Part shown: positions 9,835-18,989 of the stretch, one piece after another
How the letters are laid out: every line of letters begins with the position of its first letter
Position numbering within the stretch: the stretch's first letter is position 1
Source: a virus
Lineage: Duplodnaviria > Caudoviricetes
Direction: 5' to 3' (one strand)
Length of the DNA stretch: 51,268 nt
IMG/VR virus record: IMGVR_UViG_3300022751_000238
Span: 1-51,268 of that record
Program-made: the position numbers and the translations under genes
Notes under the pieces: model-generated
Databases searched by the model: none
What the model was told of the DNA's origin: nothing
What the model saw: only the letters and a program-made list of their open reading frames with translations

Positions 9835-10157
9835 AAGAGCACCTTTTTAACTGGATGGAACTGGATCAGGTTTGTCCACAGCCAACGGCTTGGCATTACC
9901 AATGGGTAGAAATAAATCTAAGGCTTCACGCCTACGTCAGATACCGAAATGAAGGCACGCTCGATGGTATGATCAAGCCATTTGTCGAAACTCTGGCCTA
10001 TGTGTCGGAGATCGGAAGCGGATCGGGATGGGAATGGCGTGCTTTCAAGCACGTTGATGAGCAGGTCAGAGAATTGGACATTCCCTACCCACAACAATAT
10101 TATCAGATTACTCTTCAAACCGAAGAGAAGATCCTGAAAGAGCTTAACGAAAGTTAA
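9831..10157 (+). CDS. phage early hypothetical protein
   Basis: ATGA-coupled within the early operon. Confidence 0.6.
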   Translation: MKEHLFNWMELDQVCPQPTAWHYQWVEINLRLHAYVRYRNEGTLDGMIKPFVETLAYVSEIGSGSGWEWRAFKHVDEQVRELDIPYPQQYYQITLQTEEKILKELNES

Positions 10158-10233
10158 GATTTAGAGGAGGGTTTACATGCGATTATTCCGGTCGGTTTCG
10201 ACCGGAAATAATTTCCCCCAAATCTATAAAAAC

Positions 10234-10304
10234 GAGGGCATGGCGCAACGGTAGCGCGTTTGGTTCCACACCATTCTGTCTGGGTTCGAATCCCAGTGTC
10301 TTCA
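10234..10304 (+). tRNA. atypical tRNA or tRNA-like gene, anticodon CCA
   Basis: Acceptor GAGGGCA/TGTCTTC, D stem GCGC/GCGC, T arm CTGGG-TTCGAAT-CCCAG; anticodon stem has only 3 pairs, loop TTCCACA; no encoded CCA end. Confidence 0.7.
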
Positions 10305-10423
10305 CGCGGTAGGGCAGACGCCTTTTAGGCTGAACTACAAACCTCTGATCCGTGACAAGGTGACTCTTGTCACGGGGTAAGGGGAAATTTTGCAAAACGT
10401 ATATTATTCAACGTGTATTTTTG

Positions 10424-11953
10424 ATGCTTAACCGAATTGATATGAGTGATGTTATGCGCAGAGCCACAGCGGCTTTCAATGCGCACGACAATGCATGCCC
10501 AATGGCTGAACACATTCGCAAAAACAAAGATTTGACAGAAACATTGGTAACTCGGCGCGTAGGGCTAATTCCCGAAGCGATCACAACCACGTTTCACACC
10601 ATTTTGTCCGAGTACGTGTCCGATTACAACAACCAGATTAAGATAGCTCCTGACGGAACCTATCACCTGGGACATTTACCCGCCCTTCGCACCAACTGCG
10701 TAAGACTAGGTTTTAAGTGCCGTATCAGCGACCGTTCTGTACGTAACCATATAGATCGTTTGATCGATTTGAAGTTCCTGACAAAGGAATTTCACGGCAG
10801 TAAAAAGGCATTTGAGCTGTGGATAAACCCAGAAATTTTGTTTGGCGAGACTGAAATTTCCGATTCAAAAAAAGCTCAAAACGCCCCAAAAAACGCCCTT
10901 TTTGGCGAAAATCAGAAAAATTTTCCGCATATCTGTACCTATGTAAAGCCTTTAGAAAAGGAAAAAGGGAGTGCGGACATGTTGAAAAATCAACATGGGT
11001 TTAATTTATACGGAGAGAACAATTACGGAGAGGCGGGTGAAGCAGACAGCTCTGTCCAGCCCGTAGACGATGCCGATACAGAGCGTAGAGAAGAGATTGG
11101 GGGCGGCGGCGAAATTTTGAGCCGTGAGCAGATCGCAGCCAGAAACGATCAGGAGCGCCGCGCAAAGGCTACAAAAATGCTGGATGCTCGAAAACCACAA
11201 ATGCCGAAGGGATTAAAACAGAAGCACATAGAATACCTTTTGGAATTTTGGATTCATGCTTTGCGCGTTTTATACACAGGCCGCGAATTCTCGGTCGAGC
11301 AGAAAACAAAAGCAATTGCCGCAATCTGCGCAGGTGTTTATAACAACTTTGAGGACGAAAGAAACGATCAGCAATGGGTTGATTTTCAGGTACACCAACT
11401 TTCAAAACTGGATAAAGCAGGCAGATATTACGATAATAATCCCGGTGCCTACAAATGTGACCCTTATGCGGTCTTTGTTCCAGGCAAAGGTTACTTTGAC
11501 AACGCAAATACGAACGGTTTCATAGGAATTGAGGGCTGGATTAAGAAAGATTCTGAAAGATTAGCAATAAACCGCAGTGCCCACACAACCAAGCGCGAAC
11601 TTGCCAAACAAACCCGATGCGAGCGCCTTTTGCGCATGGCCAGACGCGATTTCGAAAACCTTCGCGCCGGAACCAAGCTAAGAATCGAGGTTCAATACAT
11701 GAACCAACTCGCTCTTTTCAAGTTCTATAACACCGTTTTTGCCGGAATGGGACAGGATTGGCAGGAGAAATTCTGCAACCAGTATCTCTACCAGCAAAGC
11801 ATTGACTTCGCAAAGCCACAATTTGCCAAACCACGCCGCCAGCAGGAGCTTGCCAGAAGAAAACAAGCCAGCCACGTAAGTACCGCTGTCGTTCAACTGA
11901 TTGATGAATTAAAAGACTGGAATTATGACGGATACGGGTATGACGTCGACTAG
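10424..11953 (+). CDS. putative replication initiator (N-terminal winged HTH)
   Basis: 'LGFKCRISDRSVRNHIDRLIDLKFL' wHTH, charged linker, helical C-terminal domain; largest early gene; ORF track starts at TTG 10367. Confidence 0.6.
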   Translation: MLNRIDMSDVMRRATAAFNAHDNACPMAEHIRKNKDLTETLVTRRVGLIPEAITTTFHTILSEYVSDYNNQIKIAPDGTYHLGHLPALRTNCVRLGFKCRISDRSVRNHIDRLIDLKFLTKEFHGSKKAFELWINPEILFGETEISDSKKAQNAPKNALFGENQKNFPHICTYVKPLEKEKGSADMLKNQHGFNLYGENNYGEAGEADSSVQPVDDADTERREEIGGGGEILSREQIAARNDQERRAKATKMLDARKPQMPKGLKQKHIEYLLEFWIHALRVLYTGREFSVEQKTKAIAAICAGVYNNFEDERNDQQWVDFQVHQLSKLDKAGRYYDNNPGAYKCDPYAVFVPGKGYFDNANTNGFIGIEGWIKKDSERLAINRSAHTTKRELAKQTRCERLLRMARRDFENLRAGTKLRIEVQYMNQLALFKFYNTVFAGMGQDWQEKFCNQYLYQQSIDFAKPQFAKPRRQQELARRKQASHVSTAVVQLIDELKDWNYDGYGYDVD

Positions 11954-11994
11954 CTAGAATAATCATTTTTTTAATATAGTAAACTCTAAAACGT

Positions 11995-12333
11995 ATGAGA
12001 ACCAATCAAAAGCAAGACCAGCCGCAAGCTAAAAAGAGAATGTCGCCCGAAAATCAAGAGCTTCAAAAAAAGAAGGCCAGCTGTTACATGGTCATCAAAT
12101 TTAAGGACGGACGCACTTGGAGCAGATGGAGCAACGAACACAAACAGCCGTGGATACTGAATATCGGTGACGGAATCAATGAAATGTTCAGGGTATTTGA
12201 TAAGTATTTCCTGCACAATGCTGAGTCTGCGGCCATCTTCGATACCAGAGTGTACAAGGACGTTGGCAAACACAATAAAATTTATCAATACGATAAAGGA
12301 TGGAAGCTGGTTCAGCCGGTTGCACCTTGGTAA
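11995..12333 (+). CDS. phage hypothetical protein
   Basis: Clean ORF after the replication gene with an A-rich start context. Confidence 0.65.
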   Translation: MRTNQKQDQPQAKKRMSPENQELQKKKASCYMVIKFKDGRTWSRWSNEHKQPWILNIGDGINEMFRVFDKYFLHNAESAAIFDTRVYKDVGKHNKIYQYDKGWKLVQPVAPW

Positions 12334-12359
12334 ACTTCTAACTTAACTCCCCAAAAACG

Positions 12360-12704
12360 ATGCAATTCCCTGTAAAAATTCGCCTTGCAAAACATGAGGC
12401 GGAAGCTCTGACTATGTACGTTAGTAATAAGTCGACCGGAATATTGACGAATCCGGAAGTACGTAACGACCTGATTGTCTTGGCTGAGTTCTATATGAAG
12501 CTTTCCACAAAATACAGAACGCACCGAATGAAGGCCACAACGAAGCCAGTCGTTTACACGCTTCCGCTCAGTGTTGCCAGAATCCTGCATCTACGGTTTC
12601 AAAAGGAAGAAATCAACCCAGCTTTACAGATTGTCCTGGCAAGTCTGGATCAGGAACTCACCAATATGAGTATGAAACCCAAATTTCCAATAACGCTGAT
12701 ATGA
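12360..12704 (+). CDS. phage hypothetical protein
   Basis: Clean ORF in the early operon. Confidence 0.65.
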   Translation: MQFPVKIRLAKHEAEALTMYVSNKSTGILTNPEVRNDLIVLAEFYMKLSTKYRTHRMKATTKPVVYTLPLSVARILHLRFQKEEINPALQIVLASLDQELTNMSMKPKFPITLI

Positions 12705-12850
12705 TGAACGCCATCGCCTTAATTCTCCGACTGGGTTATGCTCTTCTCTGGTTTGTTGCCTTGATTTTGACTGTCATCATCGAGACAATATTTCTGATCC
12801 TGTTTTACACCGTGTACATCCTTTACAGCTTAATCCCAAGGCGATGGTAA
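12701..12850 (+). CDS. small hydrophobic protein (49 aa, not in ORF track)
   Basis: MMNAIALILRLGYALLWFVALILTVIIETIFLILFYTVYILYSLIPRRW; ATGA overlap. Confidence 0.55.
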   Translation: MMNAIALILRLGYALLWFVALILTVIIETIFLILFYTVYILYSLIPRRW

Positions 12851-12904
12851 CCATCATTTTTCTAGTGATCCTCTATTACACATCCAGAAACAATAGTAAA
12901 CCTC

Positions 12905-13054
12905 ATGAATAAATATTTGTACTTCTTTCTCTACTGGTCAATTGCATCGGTATTAATCGCAGTGCTTTTTATGGAGCTGCTCTTATCCGTTCCAATCGCC
13001 TTTGTAGAAGCACTGGAAGGTTCTATTTATTACCATCTAACTAAAAACGCATGA
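12905..13054 (+). CDS. small hydrophobic protein (49 aa, not in ORF track)
   Basis: MNKYLYFFLYWSIASVLIAVLFMELLLSVPIAFVEALEGSIYYHLTKNA; stop overlaps the methylase ATG. Confidence 0.55.
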   Translation: MNKYLYFFLYWSIASVLIAVLFMELLLSVPIAFVEALEGSIYYHLTKNA

Positions 13055-14085
13055 ACGAGAGCACCTCCTACTTTGGTGGTAAATCCGGAAGCGGAACTTA
13101 CCAGACTATCATAAACCAAATACCACCGCACCGTCTTTATGTTGAACTGTTTGGCGGAATGCTAGGCATTTACAGGCATAAGCGGCCAGCGCAAACAAGT
13201 ATTATCATCGAAAAAGATGCCAATCTGATAAACCGGTATAAGGAAAATTTCAATATACCTGCTGAATATGGCACCGTAATGTCACTGCTAAACTTTGCCA
13301 ACAATAGAAGATCGAACGGTGTAAAGTGTTTTGAAGGCTGTGCATTAGAGCTGTTTGAATTCTCAGCTGCTTACACCGCCCTTAATAACGAGGATGTTTT
13401 TATTTATGCTGATCCGCCCTATCCGCACGAAACCAGAAGTTCATCGACTAGGTATAAAAACGAAATGACGGATGAGCAGCACAAAGAGTTACTTGAAACC
13501 CTGCTTTCCATACCAGATGCGAAGATTGCTTTAAGTACCTATCCAAACGATCAGTATTATGAATTCTTTCTGGGAAGAAATGAGTGGCGATTTATCGAAT
13601 TTGAAAGCCATACACGTGGCGGTATGGCGATCGAGCAGTTATGGATGAATTATCCCGAACCAACTCAGCTCCATGATTACCAGTACCTGGGCGAAGACTA
13701 CCGCGAGCGCGAGCGGATCAGCCGGAAGCTGAAACGCTGGGAAGCAAAGTTTCAGGATCTTGCACCGCTTGAACAGATGGCAATGTTGCAACGATTAAAT
13801 AAAACCTTGGATACGTCTACCGAAAAGCAGGCATATCCCCAAATTAAACCATCAGGATCTGCCGTGGAACGGACTAAATTAATAGAGAAGTCTATTTCAG
13901 AAACGGCAGAATTGACGTTGTATCGAGCTGCTGGAATGTATGAGCGAGGAATGAGTCTCGACGAAATTGCAGCTGTCTACGATATGAGCTACAATAGACT
14001 TACCGCTGAACTTCGCCGCCGTGGACTTTGGGAGCCGATCGCGAAAATGATCAAGAAGCGCAGATTTGCAGAAAATCGGTCGTAA
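13051..14085 (+). CDS. D12-class N6-adenine DNA methyltransferase with C-terminal HTH
   Basis: YFGGKS, VELFGG (motif I), ADPPY (motif IV), EQLWMNY; C-terminal 'YERGMSLDEIAAVYDMSYNRL' HTH. Confidence 0.85.
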   Translation: MNESTSYFGGKSGSGTYQTIINQIPPHRLYVELFGGMLGIYRHKRPAQTSIIIEKDANLINRYKENFNIPAEYGTVMSLLNFANNRRSNGVKCFEGCALELFEFSAAYTALNNEDVFIYADPPYPHETRSSSTRYKNEMTDEQHKELLETLLSIPDAKIALSTYPNDQYYEFFLGRNEWRFIEFESHTRGGMAIEQLWMNYPEPTQLHDYQYLGEDYRERERISRKLKRWEAKFQDLAPLEQMAMLQRLNKTLDTSTEKQAYPQIKPSGSAVERTKLIEKSISETAELTLYRAAGMYERGMSLDEIAAVYDMSYNRLTAELRRRGLWEPIAKMIKKRRFAENRS

Positions 14086-14190
14086 TAAAATAGTTCAGGA
14101 TCCTATCGCCAGTTCAGCCGGTGTGATATCGCAACGCCAGCATTGATGGTATGGACTGGTAAGCATTCATTCTCTAGTCAAATTACATTT

Positions 14191-14574
14191 ATGAAAACTC
14201 TAGATGTCTTATTCGTGGGTAAAGAAACATTCGAGCAGATGTACAAAATTTCCTGTTGCTCACACATCTCGGAAGGAAAGTCAATTCCAGGAACCATCTT
14301 CCACTTAAATAAAGAATACATAATTACTGGCTTCATTGGAGATGGCCACAATGGTTTCCATACTTTTTTCGGATGCGAAGTGGTGGATTTAAGTATTTAT
14401 GATAGGCCCCTGAAACCGCTTAGCTATGGAATTCACGGAGCCGAAGTGGATGCAGGCAGCAGGGAAAGAGGCTATACCGGACTGCTGATCAGATTCGGGC
14501 CTCGCGCACTCGTCTGCCTGGATCAGGTTGATTTCAAAGCCAGTCACGAATTGAAACAACTAACTCTTTTTTAG
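14191..14574 (+). CDS. phage hypothetical protein
   Basis: ORF ending QLTLF (clamp-binding-like motif); ATG 14191 preferred over TTG 14143. Confidence 0.6.
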   Translation: MKTLDVLFVGKETFEQMYKISCCSHISEGKSIPGTIFHLNKEYIITGFIGDGHNGFHTFFGCEVVDLSIYDRPLKPLSYGIHGAEVDAGSRERGYTGLLIRFGPRALVCLDQVDFKASHELKQLTLF

Positions 14575-14576
14575 CT

Positions 14577-14909
14577 ATGCGAAAAAAAACTGCCAAACCT
14601 ATGACCTCAATAATTTCACACTGTTACTACATGCTCAAAGAGCAGGGCGTGTACGAAAATTTCCAAAAAGCGGTAGAAGAAAGCGTAAAAGCACGTGAAA
14701 ATTTCCAAAAAGCGCTAAATATTGATCTGGACGTGCCATACTTCCCATATCCGAAAATAATTGAAGGATCAGAATCGGATAATATCAATAGCGATTTTCG
14801 CTACCTTCACGGTCATGAACCGAATATTCCGAGTTATACCATCCGCTTTGAGATCGATCCTTTGGGCCGTCGCGAATCTCCTATTTTTCCTGCTTATGAT
14901 GCATTTTGA
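14577..14909 (+). CDS. phage hypothetical protein
   Basis: Starts 2 nt after the previous stop; short internal repeat ENFQKA x2. Confidence 0.55.
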   Translation: MRKKTAKPMTSIISHCYYMLKEQGVYENFQKAVEESVKARENFQKALNIDLDVPYFPYPKIIEGSESDNINSDFRYLHGHEPNIPSYTIRFEIDPLGRRESPIFPAYDAF

Positions 14910-15018
14910 CCGTCAGCCTGATGGAGACTTCTTAGCGGAAGTCTTCAAAAAAGTTTTCCTGATCAGCATTATTATGCAGATCCTTTATGCAGTAGGTTTT
15001 ATTAAATCCAATAAATAA
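14896..15018 (+). CDS. small single-TM protein (40 aa)
   Basis: MMHFDRQPDGDFLAEVFKKVFLISIIMQILYAVGFIKSNK, the 3' part of track ORF 14761-15018. Confidence 0.45.
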   Translation: MMHFDRQPDGDFLAEVFKKVFLISIIMQILYAVGFIKSNK

Positions 15019-15053
15019 AGCTAACAAAAAACTGAAATCTATTGCCGTTTCTT

Positions 15054-15887
15054 CTACGATCTGATATCCCTTAGGACATCCATTACCACAGGCATCAATT
15101 CTGATCTACGGTAATGCATTCCGTGTTTTGCCGACAATATTTTCTGAACCTCAATTGCCATTGCATCTGAGCTAAACGGCTCATTAAGCTCATAGCTTTC
15201 TAAGACCTCACGGGTAATATTTTTTACAATTTTGTAGGATTGGGAAGAAGAAGGTAGGCTAGTGTATTCTGTATTGAAGTCCATATTCTTAAGTGATCTT
15301 ATCTCTCTTGCTAAAAATTCGATCTGACTTATGATATAATGACCTTCCGAGACTTCTGTTTTCTGAATGGATGTAGGCTTTATGGTTTTTCCAAAACTTT
15401 TTAAGAAAGGAGAATAATTGTCTTCCGTCTTCGAACGGCTATAAGTTGCCTCAATTCTTTTAGCGAGTTCTCCCTTAAATTTGACAATTTCGTTAAATCT
15501 TAATGAAGAAGGGTATACTAAATGTTCCATTACTCCTGTGTCAAATGAATAGCCCGTTATTTCGTCTTTAATAATAATTGTGGCTTTGTCGAAGGCTAAG
15601 CGCATACCTAACTCAAACATTACATTTGGATTTTTTGAACTCACATCACAAATCACTATGTCGTTTGAATAAATATTTGATACGATTCTTTCATGAATTA
15701 GGCCCATCGCCAAGTCATCACTAACCAACTGGGCACTAAATTCGGTAGTTTGCACTGCTTCAATTAAGATATTAAGAACATCTTTCCAATGATCCGCTGT
15801 ATATTCGACTGACCCAGCAATGGGCATAATGATACCGCATGTTTTTTTTTCAACAGCTGGCTTGATCTCTCTTTCAGAATTAGGCAT
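15054..15887 (-). CDS. nucleoside 2-deoxyribosyltransferase-like (NDT/TIR-like) protein
   Basis: 'CGIIMPI', 'DIVICDVSSKNPNVMFELGMR', 'FD' motifs; AT-rich and antisense to the phage core genes. Confidence 0.8.
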   Translation of the reverse strand: MPNSEREIKPAVEKKTCGIIMPIAGSVEYTADHWKDVLNILIEAVQTTEFSAQLVSDDLAMGLIHERIVSNIYSNDIVICDVSSKNPNVMFELGMRLAFDKATIIIKDEITGYSFDTGVMEHLVYPSSLRFNEIVKFKGELAKRIEATYSRSKTEDNYSPFLKSFGKTIKPTSIQKTEVSEGHYIISQIEFLAREIRSLKNMDFNTEYTSLPSSSQSYKIVKNITREVLESYELNEPFSSDAMAIEVQKILSAKHGMHYRRSELMPVVMDVLRDIRS

Positions 15888-15955
15888 AAGTTTTTAATAA
15901 AATATTTTTGTAAATAACTGCTAATTTTTTTTCCTAATCGGCATTAGTCATGTTT

Positions 15956-17272
15956 CTACGAAAGATCAATGTTTGAATTAAATTTCTCTGACTTCATTGA
16001 ACAACGATTGTAATATTCTCCATTGTGATTGAAAATATTTAGAAAAATCAATTCAATGTACCAAAGTGCCAAAGTTCTCACATCATTCATAATATCTGTA
16101 TTCATTCTCTCATGCTTACCCTTATTGTGAACTAAATTATTTCGCACGTATGTAATTACCGCTGGCCCATCCATCCCATTAAAATGTTTTTTACCTATTT
16201 TGTCCAATTCAACTGGCACAGAAAGCTCTATTTTTAATAGTGAAAGCAATATCCTGATTTTGTTTGCCGCGGATAGACTATCTCCTTCCTTACCAATTAT
16301 GACTTTCCTTTTTTCAATCAAAATCCAGTTACATAGCAGTTCCAAGCAAGTTTGGGCAGCAATTATTGATATTTCAAACTGTCCTGAATTCTTGTTAGAT
16401 TCGTAATAATAATATGTGGACATTTCAAGAAAACTCTTAATATCCTCATTTTTCCAAAGCATTTGATATTTCTTCCATATCGAAGTATAATCTATACTCT
16501 CGCTTGTATTATAAAAGCTTGAAAATACCCTAGCATACGAGTCTACCTGCTGACTCGAATAATCAGTCCATAACTCTTTTCCATTTTTAAAGCCCCTTAC
16601 AAGCACTGCTGATGTTCTACTTCCATTTAAAAAACTCAAGAATTGATTGAAGCATTCAAACACTTTTGCAACATCCTTAAAAAACAATTTACCCTGCTTC
16701 TTCTTTAAAAATCCGATGTAAAGAATTGCATACCCGCCTCGTTCTCTCAATAAATCCGATTGCAACTTGGAATAACTTGATACCTTTTGAATTTCTATCT
16801 CATATTTATCGTCATCAAATTTTATAAAATGACGATATTCAATAGTTTTCTCACTTCTTACATCTTCATGAACTTCTGTAAGATTTGCCAGATTTGGAAT
16901 AGAAAACCATATTGTATCAACTTCACTATCTCGCTTCAAATAGTCGGAATGAGCAAAAACTTTTCCCCCTATCTGGTTCTTTGAGTTTGCCCAGGTCATC
17001 ATAGCTTTCCCAACTACCATTTCACCAATTTTTAGCAAACGTTCACCTTCAAACGCATTTACTGGGATTTCATATTCCCCTTCAAACACAATACCAAAAG
17101 TTGGAAACCAGCTGAATTCAATAATTCCAATCAATGAATTTTCATCACTTTCATTTCCAATTGAGAATTTACCCTTTTCAATCAGTATCCTATCATTTGG
17201 TGTAAGAGTTAAGAATGCTCCTCCTTGCCCGAAATTTATTTTTCTATCCTCATAAAAACTTCTTAGTTCCAT
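15956..17272 (-). CDS. ApeA-like HEPN RNase
   Basis: beta-rich N-terminal half, helical C-terminal half with 'QTCLELL' and the HEPN Rx4H motif RNNLVH. Confidence 0.72.
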   Translation of the reverse strand: MELRSFYEDRKINFGQGGAFLTLTPNDRILIEKGKFSIGNESDENSLIGIIEFSWFPTFGIVFEGEYEIPVNAFEGERLLKIGEMVVGKAMMTWANSKNQIGGKVFAHSDYLKRDSEVDTIWFSIPNLANLTEVHEDVRSEKTIEYRHFIKFDDDKYEIEIQKVSSYSKLQSDLLRERGGYAILYIGFLKKKQGKLFFKDVAKVFECFNQFLSFLNGSRTSAVLVRGFKNGKELWTDYSSQQVDSYARVFSSFYNTSESIDYTSIWKKYQMLWKNEDIKSFLEMSTYYYYESNKNSGQFEISIIAAQTCLELLCNWILIEKRKVIIGKEGDSLSAANKIRILLSLLKIELSVPVELDKIGKKHFNGMDGPAVITYVRNNLVHNKGKHERMNTDIMNDVRTLALWYIELIFLNIFNHNGEYYNRCSMKSEKFNSNIDLS

Positions 17273-17342
17273 TGCATTAAAATATCGCGATTAAATACTA
17301 ATTCCTAAGTTACAAAAAAAGGATAAGGGATTACAAAATCCC

Positions 17343-17377
17343 GTCCTTTCTCCCCTACCAGCCAAAGCCCAACTTCG
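17343..17377 (+). promoter_or_regulatory. late promoter copy 1
   Basis: GTCCTTT-N21-AACTTCG. Confidence 0.75.
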
Positions 17378-17394
17378 TAAAAACAATCAGCGAA

Positions 17395-17721
17395 GTGGCT
17401 AAACAAATAATCAAACGGAAAATAGCGATGGCATCGATCCGCTCGGATGATGCTACCGGCAGACCGACTGTTCATTCGATCAAATACCGAAAGAAGGATG
17501 GCACAGTCGGCTATAAAAAACGTGTGACCAAAAGTTTCCGCCTTCTCCCTGGCTCAGGCAAATTCCGTGGCAATATCAATTTAGGCCACGAGTTCCAGTT
17601 CATCAACCTGGACGAACCTCCTGATTCAGACAAATATCATTTCAGAATAAAAATTGACAATCTCATCGAAGTAGATGGGATGGTAATTGATCACACCAAC
17701 GGCGAAAACAAACAATGGTAA
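17395..17721 (+). CDS. small basic protein preceding portal
   Basis: GTG start right after promoter 1; beta-rich 'SIKYRKKDG' SH3-like pattern. Confidence 0.65.
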   Translation: MAKQIIKRKIAMASIRSDDATGRPTVHSIKYRKKDGTVGYKKRVTKSFRLLPGSGKFRGNINLGHEFQFINLDEPPDSDKYHFRIKIDNLIEVDGMVIDHTNGENKQW

Positions 17722-18989
17722 CCCAACTCTCCCCTACACTCTTCATGCTTAATGAAGGTAGCAACAATGGTGCTATCCTTCAACTTACCGGATCTCGCGA
17801 CGCCAGTTTTGGCGGTGGATTTTGGTCAGACCGTTACGACCACCTCGATCACGTCCGCTGGGGCGCAGGCGACAACCAGCCGAACGTGATGCGCAAGGCG
17901 ATCGAAAAAAACACCACCGTGCAGTCGCTTCTCGAATCGCTTCGTGATATGATCTACGCTTCAGGCGTTGGATTCTTCACAAAGCAGATGGTTGATGGCA
18001 AACCTCAAATTACAGAGTACACTGATCCGAAGCTCGAAGAATGGAGCTGGGCGACCGATTTGCAGGATTACGTCATCACTGCCATTAATCAGCGTGTGGA
18101 TAATGCCAACATTTTCACCAAATGGCGTTACGATCCTTTGCAGGACTGGTTTACGCTTTCGGTACTGGATTCCTTTAAAACGCGGATCGGAAAAGCAGGC
18201 GGCTTTCACGTCAACCCCTACTTTGGTTTTGCCAATTTTCAATCACTGGCAGATACCGAAAAACTAAAACCCTTCAACAGGCTGGACCGGGAGTTCAACA
18301 TCAAAAACACTGTTACCGCTTCCCACTCGAAAACGAACATCCCCGGCCAGCCCTTTTATTCTTTCGCCTCCTGGTGGTGCGCAGAAGAAGCGATCGAGCT
18401 TGCAAACCTGATCACGGCCTTTCACAAAAATGGAATTCTGAACGGCTACAACATCAAGTATCTGATCCGGATGCCTTCGGATCACTTCGACCGCGACGGT
18501 ACAAGGTCAGTCGACAGCAAAGAATCCAAGGCGCGTTGGAGCAAGTTTTCCGATAATCTTTCGGGCTGGCTCGCCGGTCAGAAGAACGTCAACAAGACGA
18601 TGCTGATCAAATACCTGCGCGGAAGTGATGGTAAAATGATGGACAATGTCGACGTGCAGCCACTGAAAAACGAAATGTCTGACGATGCCTATGACAAGGT
18701 TTGGAAAAAGTCTGACCAGAACATCGCCAATTCGGTCGGTATCCTGCCGACGCTTGCCGGTGTAAACCCAGGCTCAGGTAATGACTCGGGATCACAGATC
18801 AGGGTCATGGCCGAATACCAGCAGCACTTCCGAACACCGATCCACCGCCACGCCGTGCTGAAAGACATTAATACCGCGCTGCGCATGATGGGCTACAAAG
18901 ATGTATTCGCAGGCTTCAAAGAAGTTCAACTCACCACCCTTGATAAAAATCCTACCGGCAGCGAGGCTGTTGTAAACCACTCTATATAA
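17715..18989 (+). CDS. phage portal protein
   Basis: 424 aa; 'WGAGDNQP', 'PFYS..SW', 'HKNGILNG', 'GQKNVNK', 'SGSQIR' pattern of PBSX/Bacteroidota-type portals. Confidence 0.8.
   Translation: MVTQLSPTLFMLNEGSNNGAILQLTGSRDASFGGGFWSDRYDHLDHVRWGAGDNQPNVMRKAIEKNTTVQSLLESLRDMIYASGVGFFTKQMVDGKPQITEYTDPKLEEWSWATDLQDYVITAINQRVDNANIFTKWRYDPLQDWFTLSVLDSFKTRIGKAGGFHVNPYFGFANFQSLADTEKLKPFNRLDREFNIKNTVTASHSKTNIPGQPFYSFASWWCAEEAIELANLITAFHKNGILNGYNIKYLIRMPSDHFDRDGTRSVDSKESKARWSKFSDNLSGWLAGQKNVNKTMLIKYLRGSDGKMMDNVDVQPLKNEMSDDAYDKVWKKSDQNIANSVGILPTLAGVNPGSGNDSGSQIRVMAEYQQHFRTPIHRHAVLKDINTALRMMGYKDVFAGFKEVQLTTLDKNPTGSEAVVNHSI

Noticed and set aside
10234-10304. Suppressor tRNA or stop-codon reassignment
   Set aside because: Anticodon is CCA, not a stop anticodon, and phage genes read intact in the standard code
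10840-10930. Iteron origin inside the replication gene (aaaacgccc x2, tttggcga x2)
   Set aside because: Position is plausible but the repeats are too few and short to support a call
13750-14102. Three TCAGGATC copies around the first methyltransferase
   Set aside because: Short and irregularly spaced; cannot be distinguished from chance without statistics
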